DNA of 63,100 bases, filler included, from Phoronis australis (lineage: Eukaryota > Animalia > Phoronida), in assembly GCA_002633005.1 (NCBI GenBank). It is 6 parts of 6 records of this genome, joined end to end, with 100 filler letters (N's around TTAATTAATTAA, not from the genome) between each part and the next. Parts side by side here need not be neighbours in the genome. Positions count along the whole stretch, not along the records: positions 32,530 to 58,431 come from NMRA01000505.1; positions 58,532 to 60,735 come from NMRA01003795.1; positions 60,836 to 63,100 come from NMRA01003764.1; 3 more parts are not named here. One strand, given 5' to 3'. The notes beneath the pieces were generated by a model that saw only the letters and a list, made by a program, of their open reading frames with translations, was not told the DNA's origin and ran no database searches. A program made the position numbers and the translations under genes. This document shows, piece after piece, positions 49,764-62,651 of this stretch; the stretch's first letter is position 1, and every line of letters starts with the position of its first letter.

Positions 49764-52700
49764 TATGTTTGCTGTACTATATTTGTATTGGCTTACTTAA
49801 CAGTGAACTGGTCCTAAAGGGATGAGGAATACTTAATGAGAGTCTGTTGAAAAATTAACACATGACATTTTACCTCATAGAAAATTACTAAAGCATGGTT
49901 AAGTTGAATATCTGTCCAGAAAGCTTATCACGAACCAGAGCGGATAAATTATTGTGGGTTAGTCCCAATGGTAATATAGACTATCTCTGTTCATGAACTG
50001 GCAAGTGTTAGCTTTGGAATGGTTTTTCCATATTGCCTTCTTTCTAAAAATAGGTGTTCTACTCAGTCAAGTCAAGGGAGTAAATTTGAGTTAGGGTACT
50101 GTACTTGGAAGGATGTAGACCAATAGAATGGAAAGCTGTGTTCAATATAGACACAGCTGGATATCCTACTGTTGACTGTCAGCCATGTTTTAACCATGAG
50201 GGTTCTGATTGAACTTGAAATCCCTGGACATGGATGTCATAGCAACATAATCTACTTAGTTACCTGGATACACTTTCCCCACACTATAGTGACGTAGTGG
50301 ACATTATCTGGCTAATAATTGGCCATTTCATTCATGGCTAATTTATTGTTAATTTGTGAGTTTTCCGCCTACCCATATAACAGTTGGTTTGTTCTCTTTG
50401 TAGTTCCTTCTAATTTCATGAATTAAGAAATTCTACATGGCGGTGACACTTAAGTATTATTGGAGGAGCCTGTCATATTGTGTATAGTCTGTGTGGCTGA
50501 TCACCTTCAACTTGTGGAATACCTAGTATGTTCTGTATGAGTTGAGGCCAGCACCTCTTGGTGAGATGACTGACAAACAAAGAGTGAATGACATTGGCTG
50601 GCTATTGGTCAACCTGGACAGATTACTGACATCTGATTGGTGGAGAGTAGTACTGCAGTGTAATAAGCTGCAGGGCTTGCATTTTATCTCAAGTTGTTGA
50701 TCAGTTAGTAGTGTGTGTGAATAGAGATGAGTGGCTGTGTGCATTCACCTGGCAGGAGGCAAACTCCAGGATCATTTCACCAAGTGCACAGTGTCATCCC
50801 TTAGGACAGACTCTGGAATATTTCCATCTGTGCTCATTGAGGAACCAGTCAATAGAGTGTCAATGTGACATGGAGTGGCAACTGTTGGAAGTGTTAGGCT
50901 GTGTGTTGTGTATGCATAATGCAGGCTTGTTGCACCAGTGTTGAGTAAGGGCACATTCCACAATGTGCATGACAATCATAGTTTCGTCACTTGACCCATG
51001 GAATGGGTGTATATTACCACTCTGAACTGACTGCTTACCTTCAGTTGAGTGCACCCCAGCACACAGGTGTGAGTGAACTAGTGAATCTGCTGTGAAGTGT
51101 TTTGTGGTGATGTTGAGCAAACCACCTGTCAGTTTTATCACTGATTTCTATGTTTGTGGTTGACAGTGAGCAGGTAAATAAACTGATGAGTTACTTGCTA
51201 AACGCAGAACAGTGTTTCCCCGCTGTCTATGCTAGTTTCCCTGCTGTCTATACTAGTTTCCCTGCTGTCTATGCTAGTTGACTGAGAGGGGAATAGTTTT
51301 CATAGCTCGCCATCATTTGTCAATAAAAACCACTAGATGTATTATACAGGATGCTGGCATACTAAGCGTTTCGATTTCAAACAGATGTCTGTGCTCTTTT
51401 TGACTTTGGCTTAGTTGGGGCATGATACCAGTTTCACTTTTTGGCTCATTTCCACTATGTGTCACAGTTGCAAATAACAATGTTATTGAGGAGTGTCTGT
51501 TGTGTGTGGGATCCAGCCATTTGACAACCCAGGTGTTTCATTATAAGTGACCTAGGTCATGTTTCCAAGCCAGTTGGAGTAGGGCATCAAACATTGAAGT
51601 CCCTTGAATACACCTGGGTGTCGCCATTGTTACCTGCTCTGTGCCTGTAAAATAGGATAATCCTGTGAGAGCTTAGATTAACTGGAGTATGTGTGAACTA
51701 TTTACCTATTGGGGGGTGGGGGTTGCGTTGCACCTGTGTGTGTGTGGGGGGGGGGGTTCGAAATGCAGTACTACTGTTTAGGACTGGGCTCTGATAGATA
51801 AGTTTCTCGTAGGAATGGAGTTTGTTGTTGGATTCAACCCAGATTTGAAGACTTGTTTCAACACAAGCTCTGCACTTCGATAGATGTTTGATAGTTGATA
51901 TTGACTGTATTGGCAGCCATGTGTTAGTTACCGCCCATGTTGTGTGCTTATACATCCATATGTTGTTGTTGATTGAGAAACACAGGACAAACATTGCACA
52001 CAATGATGCCAGTCTACAACTCTTCAACCTTCTGTTCTCTGTTTTCTCTGCCTTTCTCCTCCTGTGTAACAGTTGGCCAACCCATTCACACACATGCCTT
52101 CCAGGTAACAGGTGTCAACAAGCTCCATAATGCCCTTTCAATAAATTTTCAATTAATTTTCATTTGCCCAGCCAAGTGTTCTTGTTAGTTAATCCTCTTT
52201 TGTTGTGGATAAGGTTGTCCATGGATTGGTGATTTAGAGAGTAGACTATCAATCATAAGGAAAGATCTCCACTATAATGAGATAGGCATGGCCATAAACT
52301 GACTTTTAAAGAATAGTGAAGTGTGTTGTGTGTGAAAGACCCCTTTGGTTAAAACTGACTGTAGTGGATACCAGTGAAGTGTATTATTGTTTGTGAAAGA
52401 CCTACTTGGTCAAAAGCTCACCTCTGTTGAGGTTCTCTACTTATTTCACAAATGATAATTGACATATTTTCAAAGGCTGGTTACTTTAGTGTACATAATG
52501 GAAATTGTAACTAAAGTTGTTTTATGATAGCTGCACAGTACAAACATGATGCGCCTTATAGACTAAAGTTTTCTTTATCTTTTATCTTTTTGTGGAGAAA
52601 TTTGACAGAAGAGAATTTCCCTTGTCAGCCATATTGTGCGGTCAGTAAGTGGAAAATTAACTATTACAAAACCAATGAATTTCCAGTATAGTAATAAATA

Positions 52701-53614
52701 AGTTCAAATGGTTTCTTTTGTGGGTAAATCACTTTTGACTAGGTGTAAAAATCTATTTTCTGGTATCTAGGTCACAGAAGATGTTGTGAAATGGTTTCTT
52801 TCTGTTTTCATCATTTTATCCAATGCTGTTGCTTTATCCCATTAAATTCTTGCTCCATCCTCTGCTGTGTCTCTCCAGGATATTCTCGTCACTCTGGGGG
52901 TATTCTGGAGTGGATAATGAAAGCCCTCATTAGGCCAGGCTGTGGAGGAATAAAAAAGTGGATTCACATATCACATGACAGGCACTGGTCGGAGGTGGTG
53001 CCACACTGTCTGTGCGCTAATTGTGTTTAGAAAAATGTAACTGTTGCAGGCTTCCTGCTCAAATATTTGACAGTGCTCTTGGCTGTTGTTTTATGGGCGA
53101 GAACAAGGGTGGGTGTGATGAATTAGATCAGGAATTCATGTGGTTAGCTGTAAGTATATCTGTAGGCTTCATCTGTCATAGTATTTTGCGGTATGGTCGA
53201 GTAGTTCTGGATCAATATCCTTACTATCTTTCTCATTGGTATTTGTTTTGTAGCTCAGCGCTGCCTGCAGGAGTTGCGTAGAAAAGATGGCATTTGTATG
53301 TATGTTTGATGGTGAGCTATGCTTGTGCTGAGGTGTGAATTATGTACACTTGGGATGAAGTGGGGTTTCAACTGAAAGTGAAACCCAGACCAATGACTTG
53401 AAATGAGAAACAGTTGCACTGTGCAGCATGTTAGCAGGGACTGCTATAAAAATAGTAACATTTAATTTAGGACATCCATCTAAACTTGCAGTGACTGAAC
53501 AAGCTTTTGGTGTGACTGAGTGTATGGCCCTGGACCATGTATTGATCCTGGGGTGTTAGCCATCTGTTGCCACACACTTTGCTCAAGTTCTTTTTTTCTC
53601 TCTGTTCACTACAG

Positions 53615-53813
53615 ATATGGCAAAGTGTTTGGTAGTGGGAGCAAGTTACTGGCTTACCAACTCCAGAGGGATGGGCGGCGAGTCAAGACACAGGTACGGC
53701 TTCTGGCCACACAGATGAACCACCTGGACAGAAGTGAGGCTGACCTTGATGTGCGTCGTCTACTCAGGAAGGCGCTGATAACTAGTCTGGCTGCTTTCCC
53801 GTACAGAGATGAG
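53615..53813 (+). CDS. Polycystin-1 family (PKD1L1-like) internal exon, REJ-to-GAIN helical region
   Basis: Strong acceptor (ttttttctctctgttcactacag), donor GAG|GTATGG; ...VRRLLRKALITSLAAFPYRDE resembles the recalled PKD1/PKD1L1 helix R..IR..LI.SL pattern. Confidence 0.65.
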
Positions 53814-54334
53814 GTATGGAGGCTTGGAGGAGCGAATTTGCATTAACATTGACTGGCAACTACCAGAAGCACTGCCTTGTCTGTGTGTAGTGGAGCAGAA
53901 AGGTAGTCAAGCTTATCAAAATCCTTAGTAACCATAGTGAAAAAGAGTGCTGACCAACCCTTGTTGAAAGTCAAATTGGCAATTGTCTTGCGAATTTTAT
54001 CTACAACAAATACTAAGTTGATAAAGTTGCATCTGCGCTAGAGATCTGTGTTCGTGCTTACTGAGAAGATCAGGGAATCACGTGACTGGTTGTTGATTAA
54101 TGGTCAGATTTTTTGTTTGAAAGTGCTGTTTTTTTTCATATTAAATGTTGTAACATACTTATATGGGTTAATACCTATGTTTCTCTCAACATCCACCCAC
54201 CCCCCAAATTAAGAACTGTTTTATTTAACTGTGACCCCCAAATTCAAAATATGGTTGAGACTTCCTAAAAGTTTGAGTTTCTTGGTGAATGTCCGTCGAT
54301 AGAGTTCTACCTGACAATATATGGTACTCACCTG

Positions 54335-54518
54335 GGCTGGGTTGCATAAAGCTTCAAAACCCATCCGCTGGATAAGTTTGTTGCATGACGTCAGGTGCAG
54401 TGTCCACTGGATAAGTTTGTTGCATGACGTCGGGTGCAGTGTTCAACAATAACAACATGACGTGTGATATTGCGACATCATTGTTCCTATACACGTATAA
54501 CTTTTATGCAACTGGGCC
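54335..54518. mobile_element. PIF/Harbinger-like MITE inside a 27-bp tandem array
   Basis: TIR ggctgggttgcataaa / tttatgcaactgggcc; CTG TSD at 54332-54334 and 54519-54521. Confidence 0.75.
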
Positions 54519-54694
54519 CTGAATCACTAAATGTGCGGTACTCACCTGAATCACTAAATGTGCGGTACTCACCTGAATCACAAACGGCCACTTTCACCAG
54601 GACCTTGTTGTGTCTACACTTTACTGATTAACACTCGTTAATTATTCAATTATGTCCAACTTGTGTGCAAAATGGAACTGACCACCCTTACCGA

Positions 54695-54939
54695 GAGATC
54701 CCAGCACAAACAAAAAAGGGCCGATAACAGTTGTCTTGAATGAGGGTCTGAATAGAACGTTGCGGGTGTTATGCACTGCTGTTTGAAAGGTGATTCTCAG
54801 GATGACCTAGACAAAAGCAAGCCAATACGCCTTACAGTCCCTTACATTTGACAATATATGGCACTGGTGGGTTGAGCGATGCTCTTTACATACTGTAGGA
54901 ACCAAATGAACATGTGTTACTATCCAAAATAGGCTTTAA
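54695..54939. repeat. Dispersed ~250-bp repeat, copy 2
   Basis: Matches 40929-41177. Confidence 0.7.
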
Positions 54940-56130
54940 AGTCGGCTAGAATTGAAGATTAAACAATTATCCTCATAGGAATTCAATTTTGCAAAACATT
55001 AAATATTGGAAAGTAAGGTCCTACATATCCCTTAGTCCAGAATCAAATGATGCACTTGATATCTAAACTTTTACAAGGTTTCTCACAAAGTGTAACATAA
55101 CTGAGCTTTCTCTAGGAACTCGAGACTTAGTCATCATTTTGGTTAGTCTTGTGTCACCTGTTCTTACTCATTAATAACTTTCCCTGTGTAGTGTAGCTCA
55201 GGTAGTTATACAGTGTTGTCCTTGACCACAATCTGCCTATTGTAATACGCTATTAATAGACCTTGCCCTTCACTCAATCACTCTCATGGTAATTTCATTA
55301 TTTGATCTTGTCATACATTTTGAAGCGCCATATGGTCACTATTGTCTATCTACTTGAGTAAAGCTGACCAAGGCATCAACTGGGTGAACCATCGGCCATG
55401 TGTTGTACACAGCAAGCACTCAATTAGGCTGCTTCAGTTGTACAATCTTTACTGGTGTCAAGTTGTGTCATAAGGTCAGAGTTCACTGACATTTTGACCT
55501 TAGGCTTCAGCATTTTTGTATATGAATTGTGTTGAGGTAAAGAGGGGGCGTTGTTACTGTTCGATTACGTGTTTATCATAATGCTAGCATAAAACAATGT
55601 CAGTTGATAAAATATCTTTAGAACTGGCTGGTCATTTCTCTTCATCTTGTTTCTATGGTGATATGTCTTGGGAGATAAAAATGATGGCCATATGTGACCA
55701 CTGATAAACAAGCTAAGTGTGTGTTGTATGTAGGTTGCAAACTCTACATGTGTAGTTGTACAATCACCACCTCAATATCTGCATTATGTCGTCATCCCGC
55801 CATCAACCTTTTGTCACCGTCCCACAATCTCCATTTTGCCCCCGCCATTTCCTTTTGTTCACCGCTCCACATTCTGCATTTTGTCCCTGTCATACCATCT
55901 GTATTTTGGTCCTCAACCAACCACCTGCAGTTTATGGGCTACAGTTCTAAAGCCATCTAATTTGCCAACTTCACCAGTTTAGCTGGCTCTCACCAGGATT
56001 TATTAACCTGTCAAAGTTGGAGTTATTGATAGGATATGACTTGGTTATTTTTGTGCAAACCATCACTTAAAATGACATCTTAAATGACTTGGCATGTGGA
56101 TTGAGTGGCCATCCTGGTTGAATTGTATTA

Positions 56131-56502
56131 GTGAGCCAAGCCTAGTGCTAAGATTAGACACACTGTTAGTGTGATAATTGCGAGCCAAGCCTAGTGCTAA
56201 AATTGGACACACTGTTAATGTGATAACTGTGAGCCACTTGCCTAGCTACAGATGGCCACATTGTTAGTGAGATAACTGTGAGCCACTTGCCTAGCTACAG
56301 ATGGCCACACTGCTAGTGAGATAACTATGAGCCACTTGTATAGCTATAGATGGCCACATTGTTAGTGAGATAACTGTGAGCCACTTGTCTCTCTACAGAT
56401 GACCACACTGTCAGTTAATAACTGTTAGCCACTTGTCATAGCTATAGATGGCCACACTGTTGAGATAACTGTGAGCCCCTTGTCTATCTACAGATGGCCA
56501 CA
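56131..56502. repeat. ~49-bp minisatellite (~7-8 units)
   Basis: gtgagccacttgcctagctacagatggccacattgttagtgagataact variants. Confidence 0.85.
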
Positions 56503-56696
56503 AGTTATCTAACTTAGCAAGTGGTTTGAATAGCAGCTTGAGACTGGTTGAGAACCTGAAGACTAAGTGTGTCACCTAATATGTATAAATGGGAATCTAA
56601 TCTCGTCACTTTTAAGCAGTTCATTCATTGACCACCAGGGGGTGTCTATGAAAATGGAATGATTGATGATCCACAATTACCATTGCTTAAAGAAGG

Positions 56697-56958
56697 GTTT
56701 TCAATCTCTTGGACATGCGTAAATGGTTTTCAATCTCTTGGACACGCGTAAATGATTTTCAATCTCTTGGACACACGTAAATGGTTTTCAATCTCTTGGA
56801 CACGCGTAAATGGTTTTCAATCTCTTGGACAGGTGTAAATGGTTTTCAACCTCTTGGACGTAAATGGTTTTCAATCTCTTGGACATGTGTAAATGGTTTT
56901 CAATCTCTTGGACATGTGTAAATGGTTTTCAATCTCTTGGACATGTGTAAATGGTTTT
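56697..56958. repeat. 29-bp minisatellite (~9 units) abutting the acceptor of exon 56985
   Basis: ggttttcaatctcttggacacgcgtaaat variants. Confidence 0.9.
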
Positions 56959-56984
56959 TAGTTTTAAAACTTTCCTGCTTTCAG

Positions 56985-57041
56985 TATGAAGTTCTTCAGA
57001 CTGCCAGTGCCCTCCTGTGGACAACAGCTGTACCAAACGAG
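56985..57041 (+). CDS. Polycystin-1 family (PKD1L1-like) internal exon
   Basis: tttcctgctttcag acceptor, donor GAG|GTGTGT, 57 nt phase 0-0; YEVLQTASALLWTTAVPNE fits the family Q.A.AL...T..P.EL motif. Confidence 0.65.
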
Positions 57042-57470
57042 GTGTGTAGTATCCTAAATGAACTAAAATGTTACCGTTTGTAAGAAAGTCAATAAAAAAC
57101 GAACGGTTACTTCTATTTAATAGTGCACGTGTATCGCATGTTTACTTCATACATTGGATCATGTGAACGCCACCGTCACCACATCATGCTTTGATTTCTT
57201 AATATAACCTTTCGGCACCACGATTCATGCAGCACATGTATGAAGGAACTAAGTTTGCTGCATTTTAGTAGGGGTTTCATTAATAAATTGATAGATTATA
57301 CAGGAGTTGATTGTTCTCCATCAAGTTTTGTTTTAAATTATGAGCTGCAATGTGGTGTTGCTTTATATTAATGTCAGCACGTTGTCATTATTTTGTGCAC
57401 TTGTGCTGTAAATTATAAAATGTGATGTTTATCATTCAACAACATGCCATTTCATGCCACTCCCGTTTAG

Positions 57471-57698
57471 TTGAGTGAGATGTTCCTCCTTGAGGCTGCC
57501 ACTTTGTTGAGACTCCTGGGTCGTCGTATGCTGGAACTGTCCATCCAACAGCAGTTCGTGTCCGAAGACATGCTAACCCTGGTCACTGAGATCTCGTCAC
57601 ATCTGTTGACCGCTGCTTCCACTAGTGACAACATCTCGGCCCACGCAGCTAACATTGTGGTCACCAACGCCACTCAAGTCATCGATACTTTGCTGAAG
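57471..57698 (+). CDS. Polycystin-1 family (PKD1L1-like) internal exon
   Basis: tttag acceptor, donor AAG|GTAAGT, 228 nt phase 0-0; amphipathic helices LSEMFLLEAATLLRLL...NATQVIDTLLK continue the previous two exons in frame. Confidence 0.7.
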
Positions 57699-58900
57699 GT
57701 AAGTCCAGCATTCATTGTCCAAATTTATGTGGTCTTGTTTCTGAACTACTTTTTTGGACTAGTGTTTCTGAAGCCTATGCGGTAAACCTAAATGACTGTT
57801 CAGTCCAAGACACATTACTTCAAACTTTCATTATCAAAGCTTAGTTCTTGTTTGAGTGTTGCTTTGTACAAAAGTAGTTGCAAAAAATTTGACTGAAAAA
57901 AAAGTTTTGTTTTATTGTGCCCTTAATCGTTGACGGAGTAAAACTATTGCCAGTTTGTAAACAGTGTCTTCACTGGCTTGGTTTTATGCAAATGAGTCAT
58001 ACTCTAAAAAATGATTGACAGCAAGAACAGGGGTGTGTGTCTAGCCGAACAAATACTCAAATAAGGCTTAATGTAAAGAAAATGACTAAGATTGAACAAA
58101 GGGTTGAGGGTGTGTCGTGCTGAACAAATAGTGAACAGTCTGCTCTGACTTCCTGTGTTGGAATGACGATCTGACACTTTCTTTAATGCTAGCAATTGAT
58201 CATTTTGATGTGGGTTGCAAGAATTTGAATAAATGTGGGCTTGTGATGTCAAAGCAGCTTCAAACAAGAGGTCATCAATTGGACTGGGTGACACTAGATA
58301 CACTGCGCTGAGAACAATTAGAATATTCGAAATGATTTAAACGGTAACTAGTCATTGTTAATGTTACTTAGCTGTAAGTGTGACCATGAACATTGTTCTG
58401 ATTAGTGCTGTGAATGTGACCATGAACATTGNNNNNNNNNNNNNNNNNNNNNNNNNNNNNNNNNNNNNNNNNNNNTTAATTAATTAANNNNNNNNNNNNN
58501 NNNNNNNNNNNNNNNNNNNNNNNNNNNNNNNACACGGTCTCCTTTGTATCTCTGGAAACGGAGCTTGCGACGCACCTATTATTTTCGGGACATATTCCGA
58601 GCATAAAACAAAAGTTAATACAAGCATTGGAAGCTACCATGAGACTCGACAATTTATGTGCTATCAATTATTTCGCTAGGATGAATATTTGTTTCACAAT
58701 TGATCAAAATGTTTGCAGATTGTACCTTCCTCTCAAATGGAATTGCACTTCAAATATATTTTATTATTATTGCTCACAGGAAAAAACAAAATTAATAGAG
58801 GCATTGTTTAGAATAAAGGCATATCAGCCTAAATGTGCACATACATGGGAGGGCACGTAGAAGCTACCCATAACTGCTGTACAACCCACTGACTTGTTGT

Positions 58901-59819
58901 TTATGTGCCCACTACTGGTCGCATAATGCCGTCGTCTTTGTCTGGCTGTCCGGCATCAGCAGCCATCCCACTTGTTGTTTATGTACCCACTACTGGTCGC
59001 ATAATGCCGTCGTCGTCTTTGTCCGGCATCAGCAGCCATATCTCCTAAAGCCCTTGATGAGATTTAGCAGACGTGTTCCTATGGAGATGACGACGGATGT
59101 TGGCGAATTCCAGGCCACTCGACGAAGACTACCAGACGTGCGCTCCCTAGTGGCAGTTGCAGTTTTAGTTTTTACGCTTACCTCTGCATGTTCTGAGGTT
59201 ACAGAATTTCATAAAATGTGGCAGTTAGGCATCTATTAGTGAGATGATGTCATCCTCCCGTTTTCGGACGGATTTGGAGTACTTTGCACCACCCAGTGGC
59301 CATTTTTCCTGTTTTTTGGCGTCCGCCCTTCTATCAACCAAACCGCTCTAGGGATGACTTTGAAAACTGGTATTTATGTTTTTACTGTGAAGAGGGCGGC
59401 AGACAATGATTTTCCGATGACTTCAACTACTGTGACGCCTCCTAATGGCAGTTTTGTTTGTTTTTGTGTCTATAGCTGTATCTCCTAAATGCTCTTTAGG
59501 ATCTTTATTGAATTTTGATAGTGTGTTTAATGAAGTTGATAACAGAGGCCGGCGACTTGTGGATGGATTGGGCTACTGATGTGGCCCCTAGTGGCAATTT
59601 TAATTTTTTACGTTTACCTCTGTATCTTTAAAGGTCATCAATAGATTTTCATAAAATTTGGCAGATAGACATCTATTAGTGAGGTGATACTATCATCTGG
59701 TTTTCGGTTAAATTCGAGGCATTTTGCGCCATATTTATGTTCCGAATAAACGCCCCTAGAAGCACACAATTTGCTGTGCATTCGTGGGCGCATTTCAATA
59801 CTGCAGGTCGCTCTTGTTT
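58901..59819 (+). mobile_element. Helentron-associated (HINE/DINE-1-like) element with duplicated head
   Basis: 5' subTIR atgtgcccac (58903, repeated near 58981), internal ~147-bp subunits, 3' subTIR gtgggcgcat at 59784-59793, then ctcttgttt. Confidence 0.75.
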
Positions 59820-61399
59820 CTTCATTTTTGCATTTTGTACTTATCTATTAACACCTGAAGTGGTGCAGGCTTTTTCCAAACAAGTGATGTAGATGGATAT
59901 CTTTTATTTTCTCATATTTTTGTCAATTGTGGTAATGTTGTTTTTGTTGGTAAAGCACATGCTAAATACAGTTTTAGATGAAGTAGTTTGTTCAGAATGA
60001 TATAATTTCAACATTTTATGCACAATGCGATTGATAATATTATATGCTTTGTGTGTATTTTCTATACATAATTGCTCATGTGACTTGGGACAAAGTGTCT
60101 CATTGTTACCTTCACAACCGGTTAAGATGCTGATTTTTTTAAAAGCCGTATTTTATCAATTTGATCTTTCTATGAAATCTGCTCACCAAAACTTCATGAA
60201 AATATGAATGGAAGTTTTCAAAAATGTGCTTTCTAATCCAAACATAAGGGAGAGCAGACTTTGAGTAATTGATAATGTCTAATTTTGAAAACTACTCTGA
60301 TCACATTCGTTACCACAATTAAGATTTTCCTTTTCCTAATTCGATTGATAATTCTTACTTTCACTTAATGTTTTCCAAAAGCACTTGCATGGAGCTACAT
60401 ATTGATGTTAAACTCATTTTCCTTATGCCTATAAATATAAAATATTAAAAGTCGAAATTCACATCCGTTACCAAACCAATACTGAGAAATGCACCAAAAG
60501 TGACAGAAGTTTGGTCTTACACTCAACACGTTTTTAAAAAACATTTAAATTTTCTTCAGGAAAAACGCGGTCTCTTGAGAATATCCACACAACTGTTGGA
60601 TACTGCAAATGATTTGGGACTGTGATGTGCACATAATTGCTCGGCTAAACTTTTTTCATCAATTGTGAAGTAGGATCGTGAAATCAAGTTTCTGTCCCAA
60701 GTCACTTAATTGTGTATAAGTTCCTTGATCTTCAANNNNNNNNNNNNNNNNNNNNNNNNNNNNNNNNNNNNNNNNNNNNTTAATTAATTAANNNNNNNNN
60801 NNNNNNNNNNNNNNNNNNNNNNNNNNNNNNNNNNNCGTCCTCAAAGAAGACCGCATATAAAACCTCAAAAGCCAGAGAAAAGACGCAATCTACCCCTGAA
60901 CGAGAAAGACTCGTATGAGCGACGAATTGTTTTGCGATGAGTAATTTCTGTTGTTTATGAATTTAAATTTATTAGTGGTTAAATACATATAATTATTTCG
61001 TAACCATTTCCAGCGATCATCAAATGTTTCAATTAAGTACCATGCATACTGGACTGGCGGTTATTTTCGATGATACAGTTAAATGGACGCTTAGATCATT
61101 ACATGCCAGTCAGGGCTATTATTTCTAGCCAAAAGACAATGTAAAAAGTGCGATTGTCGTACGTGTTGACCCCCAAACATCCGTTGCCCTAAAAAAAGGC
61201 GGCTTTTCTTTGAGCGTGGGAGACTTGCATCGCAGATCATCGGTTTGCTAAGAAGGACCACTAATAATGGTTGCAGGCATAGCATGTGGTAGACCGTGTG
61301 CTAATAGGCGCGCTGCCTGGAGTGTACGTCCGAATAAACAAACCCAGAGTTAAATAAACTTGTGTTCCTAACGTAGCACAAATATTTCATTCCTACTAG

Positions 61400-62651
61400 T
61401 TATGCGCCCACATATTTATATGTGGACGCATTATGCCGTCATCTCCGTCCGTCCGTCCGTCCGGGCGGCGTCCGGCGTCCGCTGCTCTATCTCCAAAACC
61501 CTTTGACTTACGTTCATGATTTGGCACATACGTTCCATTCATGAATGGGACGTCATGAGCGAACTTTTGGACAGATTCGACTACCGGTGTGCCCCCTAGT
61601 GGCAATTTTAATTTTTTACGCTTTGTATCTTCATAAGTCTTGAACGGATTTTCATGAAATTCGGTAGGTAGACACCTATTAGTGAGGTGACGCTATCCTC
61701 CCGTTTTCGGATGGATTCGACATAGTTTGCGCCACCTAGTGGTCATGTTTACTGTTTTGCATCCACCCCTCTATCAACCAAACCGCTCAAAGGATGATTG
61801 TGAAAATTGACATATATGTGCTTACTATTAAGAGAACGGTTGACGATGATTTTCCGACGATTTCGACTACTATGGCGCCTCCTAGTGGCAGTTTTGTTTT
61901 TTGCGCCTATGGCTGTATCTCCTAAACCGTTTGCAGGATCTTTACGAAATTTAGTAAGTATAATTATAAGATGTTAACAATGGACGACGACTTTTGGACA
62001 GATTCAACTACCAGTGTACCTCCTAGTGGCAATTTTATTTTTTTACGTTTACCTTTGTATCTTCAAAAGTCCTTAACAGATTTTCATGAAATTTAATATG
62101 AAGGCAGCTATTAGTGAGGTGACGCTATTCTGCCGTTTTCGGATGGATTCGATGTATTTTGCACCACCTAGGGGCCATTTTTTGCTGTTTTCAAATCTTG
62201 TTTTTGGTGTCCAGCACTGTATCAACCAAATCATTTGAAAATTGGCATATATGTTCTCAGTGTGAAGATGACCTTTGATGATGGTGAATGACTACTCTGG
62301 CGCCTCTTAGTGGTAGTTTTGTTTCGTGCCCATAGTTGTATCTCCTAAACCCACTGCACGATCTTTACTAAATTTAGTAGGTGTATTTATATGAAGATAA
62401 CAACAGACGACGACGACTTTCAGGCGGATCCAACGCACACTGTGCCCACTAGTGGCAATTTCATTTTATTCNTTTGTTTTTCTGAATTTCCTTGACAGAT
62501 TTTTATGAAATATGGTATGTTCCTGTTTTTAAATGGATTGTATGTTTTGCACCATCTAGTGGCTATTTTTATGATACAAATAAATAAACCTAAAAGCACA
62601 CCATTTGCAATGCATTCGTGGGCGCATTTCAACGCTCCGCCTTGGTCTTGT
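61400..62651 (+). mobile_element. Complete Helentron-associated (HINE/DINE-1-like) element
   Basis: 5' subTIR atgcgcccac (61402) with hairpin partner gtggacgcat (61422), (GTCC)n microsatellite, internal tandem subunits, 3' subTIR gtgggcgcat (62618-62627), small stem-loop and cttgt end: the canonical DINE-1/HINE layout. Confidence 0.85.

Noticed and set aside
50700-51160. Minus-strand donor-like sites (near 51039 and 50749) suggesting exons
   Set aside because: Weak acceptors, stops in all frames for the 50749 candidate, and no recognisable product.
51183-51215. CTGATGAG hammerhead core
   Set aside because: No downstream GAAA box or supporting stems.
53520-53614. CIDPGV peptide as GABA-B exon 2 (expected CDPG-like start)
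   Set aside because: No acceptor AG before the Cys codon and no following VFT motifs; it is the intron tail before the 53615 exon.
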